Origin: a virus
DNA: 64,000 bases
Virus record (IMG/VR): IMGVR_UViG_3300017605_000706
Span: 33,433 to 97,432 of that record
Direction: 5' to 3' (one strand)
A program made the position numbers and the translations under genes. A model generated the notes under the pieces. It did no database searches. It saw nothing but the letters and a program-made list of their open reading frames with translations, and was not told where the DNA came from. Position 1 is the stretch's first letter; every line of letters starts with the position of its first letter. This document shows, piece by piece, positions 1 to 7,866 of the stretch.

Positions 1-2
1 TT

Positions 3-470
3 GAGACGCTGCAGTCTGTCGTCAAGCAGGTCATGACGCTCCTCGCGCAGAACGGCAAGCTTGCCGTTCCCGCGAACCCGTCAGCGATCATCGTCGACGG
101 CGATATCGGCAATACGACCGCGACGGCGACGCAGATCGTCGCCGCTTCGTTCGTCAACAACGCCGAAATTCGAAATGCGCTTACGCAGCGGGGTACGAGT
201 ATCCCGCCCGAGATCAACTCGATCTTGGACACTTCGCTGAGCGTCCAAGAACTCGTTCAGCGCGTAGCTGCAGGCGCGGCGGAGATCGCTGGCTTCTTCA
301 AGTACGTCTCGGAGAACTTTCCCGAGATCTCGAGGGAGCCTGTCGTCATTCAAGTTCCTGAGCCGCCTAGACGCCTCACGCCCATCGGGCTTATCGTCAT
401 AGGTGTCGTAGCTCTGATCGGCATTGGATTTCTCGGCGCAGCCGCAGCCCGTTCCAAGGAAGATATCTAA
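3..470 (+). CDS. tail-anchored membrane protein, probably virion-associated (5' end may lie outside window)
   Basis: Frame open from base 3; C-terminal hydrophobic helix IGLIVIGVVALIGIGFLGAAAA followed by RSKEDI. Confidence 0.7.
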   Translation, partial: ETLQSVVKQVMTLLAQNGKLAVPANPSAIIVDGDIGNTTATATQIVAASFVNNAEIRNALTQRGTSIPPEINSILDTSLSVQELVQRVAAGAAEIAGFFKYVSENFPEISREPVVIQVPEPPRRLTPIGLIVIGVVALIGIGFLGAAAARSKEDI

Positions 471-1147
471 TGCTTCGCATGACGCTTATGGGTCTCGGTG
501 CGCTATCTCCGCCAGATGAGGCTATTTGGTGGCTCGCGCCTGGCGGCCGTGACAGTTGGCCTGTTGTTGTAGCGGCGGGTCCGCTGCATCCTGATGTGAA
601 TGTACGTACTGACGACACGCGTCACTACTATTACTGGAGCAAATCTTTCTACGATAGCGTAGCTGCGTCTCTCGCTGCGATCGGACGGTCTCTTGCTACG
701 CAGCCTCCGCCGGACAAGTCGCAAATATCCGAGGACGCTTGGCCACCTCTTTTGAGTCTCGGCAAAGCTGCCGACGTCAGGACGGCGATCCAACTCGCGC
801 TCGCGAATCCGCTGAAGCCGAGCGCCCCAGCTCCTGCGCCCGCGCCGGTACCGACCTCGCCCGTACCACAGGCATCTGTGCCTGCTCCTGCGGTAACACC
901 GACGAATCCGGCAGTGCCTACAGCGCCCGCACCCACAACGCAGGTTACTCCTGCGTCGGCTGCGTCTGCCATCGTCCAATCAGGTAATCCGGCGCCTGTA
1001 CAAGCCGTTCAGGCTTCGGCCACGACCGCGATTACGCCCCCCAGCAGCGCTCTTCGTTGGGTCTTGCTAGGTGTGCTCGCCTTGGGCGGCGCGGGCGCAG
1101 GGACGTACTACTTCATCAAGAAAAGAAAGGCTGTCAAGAATGCTTGA
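470..1147 (+). CDS. tail-anchored protein with Pro/Ala/Thr-rich stalk
   Basis: N-terminal LMGLG, PAPAPAP/TT-rich linker, C-terminal TM helix then KKRK; start overlaps upstream stop. Confidence 0.75.
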   Translation: MLRMTLMGLGALSPPDEAIWWLAPGGRDSWPVVVAAGPLHPDVNVRTDDTRHYYYWSKSFYDSVAASLAAIGRSLATQPPPDKSQISEDAWPPLLSLGKAADVRTAIQLALANPLKPSAPAPAPAPVPTSPVPQASVPAPAVTPTNPAVPTAPAPTTQVTPASAASAIVQSGNPAPVQAVQASATTAITPPSSALRWVLLGVLALGGAGAGTYYFIKKRKAVKNA

Positions 1148-1400
1148 AGGAATCAAGGCGCTGCTCAGCTCTGAGAAAGCCATCGCCGCTGGCGTACTCG
1201 TCTTCTTGTCGGGCGTCTTCGTCCTAACAGGTAAGATGACCGTCGACGCTTGGCAAAATTACACGCAGTGGGTGCTGGGCATCTACGTGACGGGTAAGAC
1301 CGTTCAGGGTTCGGTCTCTGCATGGGCTAGCACGAAAACGCCTACGTCGCTTGACGGTACCACCGGCGGATCGACGATGGGCACTGGGAAGGGCGGTTGA
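1140..1400 (+). CDS. small two-helix membrane protein, holin-like
   Basis: ATG at 1140 (MLEGIKALL...); two hydrophobic segments AIAAGVLVFLSGVFVLTG and WVLGIYVTG. Confidence 0.55.
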   Translation: MLEGIKALLSSEKAIAAGVLVFLSGVFVLTGKMTVDAWQNYTQWVLGIYVTGKTVQGSVSAWASTKTPTSLDGTTGGSTMGTGKGG

Positions 1401-1672
1401 TCGTGGCTAAGCGCAGAACCAAGCCTTCCAAGAATCGCTATTTTTGCTACGCCGTTGCGAACGGAAAGCTCAAGTGGGTCGCCAACACGACCACGGGCTT
1501 CTCCTTTCACAAGGCCCGCGCGAAGCTACTGCGTCCTAGCGAGGCCGCTGATCTGGCCTCCAACCGCGGAGTACGCTGCAAGATCGCAAAGTACAACGCG
1601 CACAAAGGCCAGCTGGGGTACGTCTACACCGGACGTACGCATCAGTGGAAGGCTAAGCGGCGGGGGCGCTGA
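1397..1672 (+). CDS. small basic protein with LGYVY-tail (copy 1)
   Basis: K/R-rich; ends GQLGYVYTGRTHQWKAKRRGR. Confidence 0.75.
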   Translation: MIVAKRRTKPSKNRYFCYAVANGKLKWVANTTTGFSFHKARAKLLRPSEAADLASNRGVRCKIAKYNAHKGQLGYVYTGRTHQWKAKRRGR

Positions 1673-1675
1673 CCA

Positions 1676-1963
1676 ATGGCCAAGATTAACGTCTGCGGCG
1701 TGAAAGTTCCGGCAAGCGGGATGAACACGTATGGCGGTGGCCACATTGCGCCCACCGCGCGCAACCTGGGCCAATACGCCAAAGTTAGTAAAGCGACGGC
1801 GAAGAAGCTCGCTGCTAGCGCAGGCCGCGATCGGCCACCGCGACCTGGCTACGAGATGACGTTGTGTAACGGCGTCTATCTTAGCAACAGCGCCGGACGC
1901 TTCGAAGTCGTTAGCCGCGGACCCGGCGAAAACTTATTCGGCGTTCGTAGAAGGAGACGTTAG
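1676..1963 (+). CDS. small basic protein with poly-Arg tail
   Basis: Ends LFGVRRRRR. Confidence 0.7.
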   Translation: MAKINVCGVKVPASGMNTYGGGHIAPTARNLGQYAKVSKATAKKLAASAGRDRPPRPGYEMTLCNGVYLSNSAGRFEVVSRGPGENLFGVRRRRR

Positions 1964-1965
1964 TC

Positions 1966-2193
1966 ATGGCCAAGCGGCACAAATCCCCAGAATTCAGAAC
2001 CGGCGACTGCGTCAAGTCGCCGCCTGAGCATCACGACGCTGGTAAAATCGTCGGTCGGGAACGCGATCTGTACCATGTCATGTTCTTCGGCGCCATGCGC
2101 CCCAAACGCTTCAAAGCCTACGAGCTTGTGGCCGCGGCGTGTCCTACGTGGCTTGCCGGCACTAAGCCTCGTCGCAGACGCCGTAGGCGTTGA
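1966..2193 (+). CDS. small basic protein, SH3/KOW-like core with poly-Arg tail
   Basis: FRTGDCVK...GKIVG...YHVMF pattern; ends LAGTKPRRRRRRR. Confidence 0.65.
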   Translation: MAKRHKSPEFRTGDCVKSPPEHHDAGKIVGRERDLYHVMFFGAMRPKRFKAYELVAAACPTWLAGTKPRRRRRRR

Positions 2194-2222
2194 TCTCTTC
2201 CTGCTTAGCCTAGCTAATCCTT

Positions 2223-2615
2223 ATGAATCCCAGACTCAACTATCTTGCGTGTATCACGGTTTCTGTCGCGCTCCTGTTGAACGCGTCCTGTTCGAACCCC
2301 GAGCAGACTCGTCGCAAGACGGTCGCTGGCGCGTTCAAAGGCGTCAACGCAGCTCGAGACGGTTTCGTTGCATGGGATCTAGCGCGGCAGGACCAGATCA
2401 TCGCAGCCGCAACGTCGATCAGCGACGGCGAGGCCAAGCTCAAGAGCTATCGCGAGCACCGTCATATGGTCGAGCTTGCCTTCGAAGTTGCCTATCGTGG
2501 GCTCGCGCTCGCCGCGCTTGAACCGACGATCGCCAATCTCGACAAGGCGCTTACTGGCGTCAACCAGCTCTACAATCTGATCCAGGGCTTGACCGGAAAG
2601 AAGTTGGGACCGTGA
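2223..2615 (+). CDS. lipoprotein, possible spanin-like lysis component
   Basis: Signal peptide with lipobox-like LLNASC followed by helical domain. Confidence 0.6.
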   Translation: MNPRLNYLACITVSVALLLNASCSNPEQTRRKTVAGAFKGVNAARDGFVAWDLARQDQIIAAATSISDGEAKLKSYREHRHMVELAFEVAYRGLALAALEPTIANLDKALTGVNQLYNLIQGLTGKKLGP

Positions 2616-2872
2616 GTACAACCGACGAACTTCTCGATCTCGCCACGGAAGGCTTGTCCGTCATTGCGCAACTGACGTCCAACGTCGTTGACGACAATGC
2701 CGTGCTTGTCATCAAAGCCGTTCGCGCCGTGATCGAAGCATTCGAGAGCCACAAAGCAGGCGCCGTCTCGTATACCGACGTACTCGATGAGTATGCCAAG
2801 CTAGCGAAATCGCTAGAAGCGAACGACACTGCTGCTGACGCAAAGCTCAAAGACAAGTTCCCTTCTACGTAA
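2612..2872 (+). CDS. helical acidic protein coupled to the lipoprotein
   Basis: GTGA overlap with upstream gene; amphipathic helices. Confidence 0.65.
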   Translation: MSTTDELLDLATEGLSVIAQLTSNVVDDNAVLVIKAVRAVIEAFESHKAGAVSYTDVLDEYAKLAKSLEANDTAADAKLKDKFPST

Positions 2873-2932
2873 GAGCTTGACTTTCCTATCAGCTTCAGTA
2901 GATCATATCTTTGATCTAGGAGATCCTACCCA

Positions 2933-3343
2933 ATGGCTTCCAAGGCACAGCCTCTCTACAAGCGCTGCAAGAAGGGCGTCCACAAGTCGGGCGCTAAGAA
3001 GGGCCGTCTCATGCAGGGCTATATTTGGCCCGGTGGCGGCAAGTGCCCTGTGAAGGGTGTTGTTGGTGGCAAGAAGGCAAAGGCTTCGCCCAAGAAGCGT
3101 AGCCGTAAGCCGAGCCGTCACAGCGTCGCGTACCGCTCTCAGGCTGCTGCTGCCGGACGCTACGGCGCAGGCGCCGAAGCGTTCATTCGTCGCATGAAGA
3201 TGACGAAGTCCAGCGGTGCACGCCCGCCCGCTAGTTACTCGCAGCAGGCTTCTGCACTTCAACGTATCTACGGCCGTTCGGGTTCGATGTCCGGCGCTAG
3301 GCGGTCGCGGCCTGTGCGCGGTCGTCGTCGGCGTCGCCGCTAA
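2933..3343 (+). CDS. very basic protamine/histone-like DNA-condensing protein
   Basis: GGAG upstream; extreme K/R content; ends MSGARRSRPVRGRRRRRR. Confidence 0.7.
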   Translation: MASKAQPLYKRCKKGVHKSGAKKGRLMQGYIWPGGGKCPVKGVVGGKKAKASPKKRSRKPSRHSVAYRSQAAAAGRYGAGAEAFIRRMKMTKSSGARPPASYSQQASALQRIYGRSGSMSGARRSRPVRGRRRRRR

Positions 3344-3395
3344 ACGTAGACGGCGCTAAACCAAAACCAACCCAGAAAGAGATAGGTAAACTACC

Positions 3396-3842
3396 ATGGC
3401 TATCACGTTCTCGCTCGTCTACGCCTCGCCTCGCCACCTTCGCTACCTGGCTACCAACTCGGGTTCGCCCCTGGGTGGTACTCAGAACATCCCGAACGAC
3501 GGCGGCGCGACCCCTGACCTTCTGACCGACATCAACACGCAGGCGTCGGGTTCGCTCCAGAAGATCATCACGGCCCGCACCAACGGTATCGGTACCGTCG
3601 TTGCTGGCGCGCTGACTCAGGCGCAGGCCCGCGCGATCATGAACGCCGACGGTACGGTTAGCGTCGGTAACGCGCTCGTTCCCCGTGCCGTTACGACGGT
3701 CTCGCCGCGCTCTGGTACCGCTACCTGGGTGATCGACATCAACGTCGACGGCCAGGGCGACCCCGTTGTTGCCGTGACCTCGTCGGCTGCTGCCGGCGAC
3801 GCGTACGTCGACATCCAGGCGCTGCACTCGATCCGCGACTGA
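3396..3842 (+). CDS. putative abundant virion structural protein (beta-rich)
   Basis: A-rich leader, strongly C-ending codon usage, Gly/Ala/Thr/Val-rich, followed by terminator. Confidence 0.6.
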   Translation: MAITFSLVYASPRHLRYLATNSGSPLGGTQNIPNDGGATPDLLTDINTQASGSLQKIITARTNGIGTVVAGALTQAQARAIMNADGTVSVGNALVPRAVTTVSPRSGTATWVIDINVDGQGDPVVAVTSSAAAGDAYVDIQALHSIRD

Positions 3843-3873
3843 TCGGTCTGGCGACCGATTGGCCGATACCATC

Positions 3874-3924
3874 GGCCCCGGCCCGTGCTGTACGAAGCCA
3901 GCCGGACGGGGCCTCTCTTTTTTT
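3874..3924 (+). terminator. Rho-independent terminator
   Basis: GGCCCCG(3874-3880)/CGGGGCC(3907-3913) stem with inner GCTG/CAGC pairing, followed by TCTCTTTTTTT. Confidence 0.7.
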
Positions 3925-3937
3925 CAGGGGGTGAGTC

Positions 3938-4174
3938 GTGGCAAAGCCGAGACGCAGCCGATCAGCTGCCCAAAAACGACGAATTAAAGAAACGGCTGTG
4001 TGCAAGGGTCTGTGGCGTAAGATGCACGGCGCCCAAGCCCCTAAATCCGGCAAGCGCATGATGAAGTTCATGGCTGAGTGCTTCCAGCATATGGGCACAC
4101 GCCGAGGCGGTCTCGGCTACGTCTACCAGGGAACGCATCACACCTGGAAAGCCAAGCGCCGCGGAGGACGTTGA
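3938..4174 (+). CDS. small basic protein with LGYVY-tail (copy 2)
   Basis: Ends GGLGYVYQGTHHTWKAKRRGGR. Confidence 0.75.
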   Translation: MAKPRRSRSAAQKRRIKETAVCKGLWRKMHGAQAPKSGKRMMKFMAECFQHMGTRRGGLGYVYQGTHHTWKAKRRGGR

Positions 4175-4177
4175 ACA

Positions 4178-4417
4178 ATGTCTAAGGCAATTAGCATTAC
4201 AGCGCGCGCGGCTATCTCAAACGCGCGCGCAGGTCATTGCAAGGCGGCGAAGCTTCTAAGAGGCGATTTGAGGCGCCTCCCAAAGAAGACGGCCTCCGAC
4301 AAGAAGACCGCTAAAATGGCGCGCGTGATCGTCGATCACTTGTGCGGCGGACTCGGCTACGTCTATCAAGGCACAGCTCAGCGTAGTTGGAAGGCTTCTC
4401 GTAGGAAGGGTCGCTGA
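4178..4417 (+). CDS. small basic protein with LGYVY-tail (copy 3)
   Basis: Ends GGLGYVYQGTAQRSWKASRRKGR. Confidence 0.75.
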   Translation: MSKAISITARAAISNARAGHCKAAKLLRGDLRRLPKKTASDKKTAKMARVIVDHLCGGLGYVYQGTAQRSWKASRRKGR

Positions 4418-4864
4418 GTGGCCAAGGCGCCTGCAAATCGCCGCGTCAAGCATCAACACGACGCCATGACTGCCGCCAAGCGCGGCCAGTGTCGCGTTGC
4501 GGCCGTGCACATGCAGAGCGCCAAGCCTACTCGAGGCAGCTCGCCCGTCGAGCGCAGCCACTTCAAGCGCGCGGCGGCGATCGTCCATGAGAACTGTCAG
4601 TGGTCGGCGGCCAGGCTCGCCGGGCCATCGGCGGACTCGAGCAAGTATATCGTCACGTGGGGCGCGGGTTCGCAGCGTGAAGAGTTTATCACCGATGCGC
4701 TCAAGCTCGCCAAGCGCAAGAGCGGTAGTCCGTTCGGCGCGTCGATCTATCGCCGTGACAAGCCAGGGCGCGGAACACTGATCGCGACCTGCGCGAACGC
4801 TGTCTGTAAGCCGGTCAGCGGCCAGACACTGTCTGGCGCCAAGTCCAAAAAGAGGCGGAGATGA
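4418..4864 (+). CDS. basic protein with basic tail
   Basis: Ends LSGAKSKKRRR; internal LAG. Confidence 0.65.
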   Translation: MAKAPANRRVKHQHDAMTAAKRGQCRVAAVHMQSAKPTRGSSPVERSHFKRAAAIVHENCQWSAARLAGPSADSSKYIVTWGAGSQREEFITDALKLAKRKSGSPFGASIYRRDKPGRGTLIATCANAVCKPVSGQTLSGAKSKKRRR

Positions 4865-5205
4865 GCACATCGACGTCAAAGATTGTCGGTTTTGGCAGCG
4901 CCGGTGTCGCTGCGGCGGCTCTTGTCGTGTCGTTTCTGCACAAGCCTAAGGCTACCAAGATCATCGCAAGCCTAAGCGGTGTCCTCGGCGCGACAACTCT
5001 TGGCCTAGCCGGCCGGCAGATGACCGTAACCCACACGCTCATGCCTGCGCCAGGAGGCCAAGCGGACCAGTCAAACTCTACAGCGCTTCGCGCAGTCGCC
5101 TTTGGCGGCGGCGCGCTCCTGACGAGCGCGGTTGCGCTGTTGATCGGATCAAGCTCGTGCAAGGCGCCCAAGGCGCTGGGGCGCGCTCGAGGAAGAAGGA
5201 GATAG
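4861..5205 (+). CDS. membrane protein with basic tail
   Basis: Three hydrophobic segments; ends ALGRARGRRR. Confidence 0.65.
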   Translation: MSTSTSKIVGFGSAGVAAAALVVSFLHKPKATKIIASLSGVLGATTLGLAGRQMTVTHTLMPAPGGQADQSNSTALRAVAFGGGALLTSAVALLIGSSSCKAPKALGRARGRRR

Positions 5206-5208
5206 CCG

Positions 5209-5475
5209 ATGCCTCGTGGAAAATGCAGCCGTGCCGCGTTCGCGGCAAAGATCCGCGACGTCAAGCGCCTCCGTTCGAAGGTCCCGGCGGATCTACGCCC
5301 GCTGTTCAACCACCTGCTCAAGCTGTCTATAAACAGCGTCGAGCATGGTTACTGCCAACGCGCGGGACAAGAAATCGCCTACGCGCGCAAGCTCTACCAG
5401 AAGCATGGCCTCGGGTACGTCTACCAGGGAACGCCGCAGCGTAGCTGGAAGGCTTCCCGCAGGAAAGGTCGTTGA
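5209..5475 (+). CDS. small basic protein with LGYVY-tail (copy 4)
   Basis: Ends HGLGYVYQGTPQRSWKASRRKGR. Confidence 0.75.
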   Translation: MPRGKCSRAAFAAKIRDVKRLRSKVPADLRPLFNHLLKLSINSVEHGYCQRAGQEIAYARKLYQKHGLGYVYQGTPQRSWKASRRKGR

Positions 5476-5774
5476 AAATGTACCTAGCAGAAGCCACCGG
5501 GTTCGATGCCGCTACTTGGATCGCCGCACGCGGTGGCGCAGGCGTCGTCACGCCGTATCAAGTTGCGCTGCTCTTCACCGATAGCGCAGCCAACCAGTGG
5601 GACTCGATCGCCGCGAGCCTCATCGCCGCCAACGTCCCGTCGAGTGTCGTCAGCACGGGCCGCGGGTTCGCCAACCAAGTCGGCATCACGCCTGATTGGC
5701 GCGTGAAGGCAAAGTGGGCAGGCATTGGCGCTCTCGGTGGAGCCATCCTGTGCATTCTGGGAAACCGTCGATGA
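5472..5774 (+). CDS. tail-anchored membrane protein
   Basis: C-terminal WAGIGALGGAILCILG then NRR. Confidence 0.65.
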   Translation: MKMYLAEATGFDAATWIAARGGAGVVTPYQVALLFTDSAANQWDSIAASLIAANVPSSVVSTGRGFANQVGITPDWRVKAKWAGIGALGGAILCILGNRR

Positions 5775-6262
5775 TGAGCCTCGGGCTTCTGCCCAAGAAG
5801 ACGCACGGTTCTGGGGGCCTCTTTGGTACGGAAGGCCAACCTACAGACCTAACTTCGTTCGTCGCTTGGCTCGCCACGAAGCCCGCGACTGATATTGTCT
5901 ACATCGTTGACGACAAGAATCCGCAGGGTACGGTCGTCACCGTCGAAGCTTGGCAGGCGATCGACGCCGACGCCAAGTCCAAGAAGATCAACTTTCAGCT
6001 GCGCGACGCCAACATCAAGAACGCGCCTGCGTTGGCCATCAAAGCCGTCGGGCCTGCCGGCATGTTGCACGACGCGCTGGCGAAAGTCCTCAGCCAACCG
6101 CTGCCCACGCAGCCGGTCACGATCAAGGCCGACCCCGTTCGAACCGGCGCTAAAGTCGTCATGGCCCTCAGCGCCGTGACGGCGGTTGGGCTGCTGCTCC
6201 TCTGGTACGGACCGGGCGCGAAGAAACGCTACCCGCATCGCTACGCCAGGGCCAGCCGATAG
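5771..6262 (+). CDS. tail-anchored membrane protein
   Basis: ATG at 5771 (MMSLGLL...GGLFG); C-terminal TM helix then KKRYPHRYAR. Confidence 0.65.
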   Translation: MMSLGLLPKKTHGSGGLFGTEGQPTDLTSFVAWLATKPATDIVYIVDDKNPQGTVVTVEAWQAIDADAKSKKINFQLRDANIKNAPALAIKAVGPAGMLHDALAKVLSQPLPTQPVTIKADPVRTGAKVVMALSAVTAVGLLLLWYGPGAKKRYPHRYARASR

Positions 6263-6728
6263 ACTGCAGCAAGTCGCGATCAGCGCGAGTGAGCGCCGCG
6301 CCTGCGATCGACGACATGGCGCCTTGGTTCGGCGCTAGATGACCCCCTGAGTTCAAGATCAGGTGGCCTAACTCATGGGTCGCGACGTTAGCGCGGTCTT
6401 TGCCCTGGGCGTCTTCGCGGATCCAGAACGCCCTGTCGACCAGATAGGCCCGTCCCCACGCTGGATCCTCGCCCTCCATGCGATCCGCCCACACTGTAAT
6501 ATCGAGACGGCACTCTCGGTTTTCGTACTTGAACCATTGCGGCCTGCAGACCGGCAAAGGCGGCGCCGAGGCTACTAGCACTTTGAATCCGCATTCTTCC
6601 CAGCGCTTCGCGCCCTCGACGACCTTGTCGTGCTCAGCGACGCCCCGCCCGAAGTGTAAGACGATCGTCGGTAGGCTCTTGGGGTAGCACGCGGTGGTAA
6701 AGGTAAGCAGAAGTACTAAAACCCTCAC
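6168..6728 (-). CDS. zinc metalloprotease lipoprotein (metzincin/matrixin-like)
   Basis: Lipobox-like TTAC; ATHELGHLILNSGGH zinc motif and downstream AM (Met-turn). Confidence 0.7.
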   Translation of the reverse strand: MRVLVLLLTFTTACYPKSLPTIVLHFGRGVAEHDKVVEGAKRWEECGFKVLVASAPPLPVCRPQWFKYENRECRLDITVWADRMEGEDPAWGRAYLVDRAFWIREDAQGKDRANVATHELGHLILNSGGHLAPNQGAMSSIAGAALTRADRDLLQSIGWPWRSDAGSVSSRPVRTRGAAAQPPSRR

Positions 6729-6746
6729 CCGAGAATAGTATCACGT

Positions 6747-7805
6747 TCATTGACGCAGAATCTCGGCAATTCGTGAACCGGCTCCACCGTCGCCGAACCG
6801 CCCACGCGACTTCCGGCGGCACCTGATCGCGACAGGGACCATTCGTAGTAGTTCATCGATCTGATCGCCTATCAGCCGGCAAGCGCTGTCCAGCGCTTCG
6901 GGGCGCTCAGTCTCACGCCGCAGGATCAGGCACGGCTTCTCGGCGTCCGCCGCTTCTTCGATGAGGCCCCCTGAGTCCGTAATGACCAAGCTCGACCAGT
7001 CTACAAGCTGCGCCATCGCCGTGTGCTCGAGAGGGCCAGGCAAAACAACATGGGGCGGCAAGACAGCCTCTTGCATCATGGCTTTGAGCTTGGGGTTGGC
7101 GTGCGCGGGCCAAACGGCCAAGTAGTCCTTCGGCAAGCTGGCGATCAAAGACACGAGCTTGGGCATGATGCTGTCCCACGCCTCGCGTCGGTGGCACGTA
7201 ATCAAGATGATCGGCTTGCCCGCAGCCCGCTCGACGATGTCCGAGACGATCGACGGCGTCGTGTGCTCAAGAGCCGATCGGAACGCGTCGATACCCGTGT
7301 TGCCGGTGACGTGAATCTCACCCTCAACCTGTTCCCGACGAAGGTTCCGCGCTGCCGCCTGCGTGGGCGCGAAGTGCAGTGTGGCGATCTTCGAGATCGC
7401 GCGGCGGTTCATCTCTTCAGGAAACGGGCTAAACACCGTCGGCGAGCGCAAGCCGGCTTCGATGTGCGCCACGCGTGTCCCGCTCAAGAACGCGGCCTGA
7501 GCGCCTGCGAATGCCGTGGCGGTATCGCCTTGCACCACGGCGTACGCATACTCCCCCCAGCCTACCCTACCCGATCCCAACTCCTTGATAGCATTACCGA
7601 CGAACTCCGTCAAGCTTCCTGTTGTACGATCGACTTCGATCCACTGATCAGGGATCAGGCCCTGCTCGCGGAGATGGCTAGTCAACAGCTCGCGGTGTTG
7701 CGTAACAGCGATCAGATGACATGACTTGCCGAGCGCACGAACGGTACTGGCGACCTTCATGCATTCCGGTCTAGTGCCTATGATGACAGCCCCCCGGCGC
7801 GTCAC
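6747..7805 (-). CDS. wecB: UDP-N-acetylglucosamine 2-epimerase (non-hydrolysing)
   Basis: GTRPE, QGDT, HIEAGLRS, PEEMNR, TGNTGIDA, TDSGG..EEA, RETERPE motifs. Confidence 0.93.
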   Translation of the reverse strand: MTRRGAVIIGTRPECMKVASTVRALGKSCHLIAVTQHRELLTSHLREQGLIPDQWIEVDRTTGSLTEFVGNAIKELGSGRVGWGEYAYAVVQGDTATAFAGAQAAFLSGTRVAHIEAGLRSPTVFSPFPEEMNRRAISKIATLHFAPTQAAARNLRREQVEGEIHVTGNTGIDAFRSALEHTTPSIVSDIVERAAGKPIILITCHRREAWDSIMPKLVSLIASLPKDYLAVWPAHANPKLKAMMQEAVLPPHVVLPGPLEHTAMAQLVDWSSLVITDSGGLIEEAADAEKPCLILRRETERPEALDSACRLIGDQIDELLRMVPVAIRCRRKSRGRFGDGGAGSRIAEILRQ

Positions 7806-7866
7806 ACCTTGATGCTAACACAGTTGACGGGCAGGTTCGACCTATAGCAGGCTAGGCGGAGTTCTG

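Noticed and set aside
3396-3842. Major capsid protein call
   Set aside because: 148 aa with no recognisable jelly-roll or HK97 motif; kept only as a putative structural protein.
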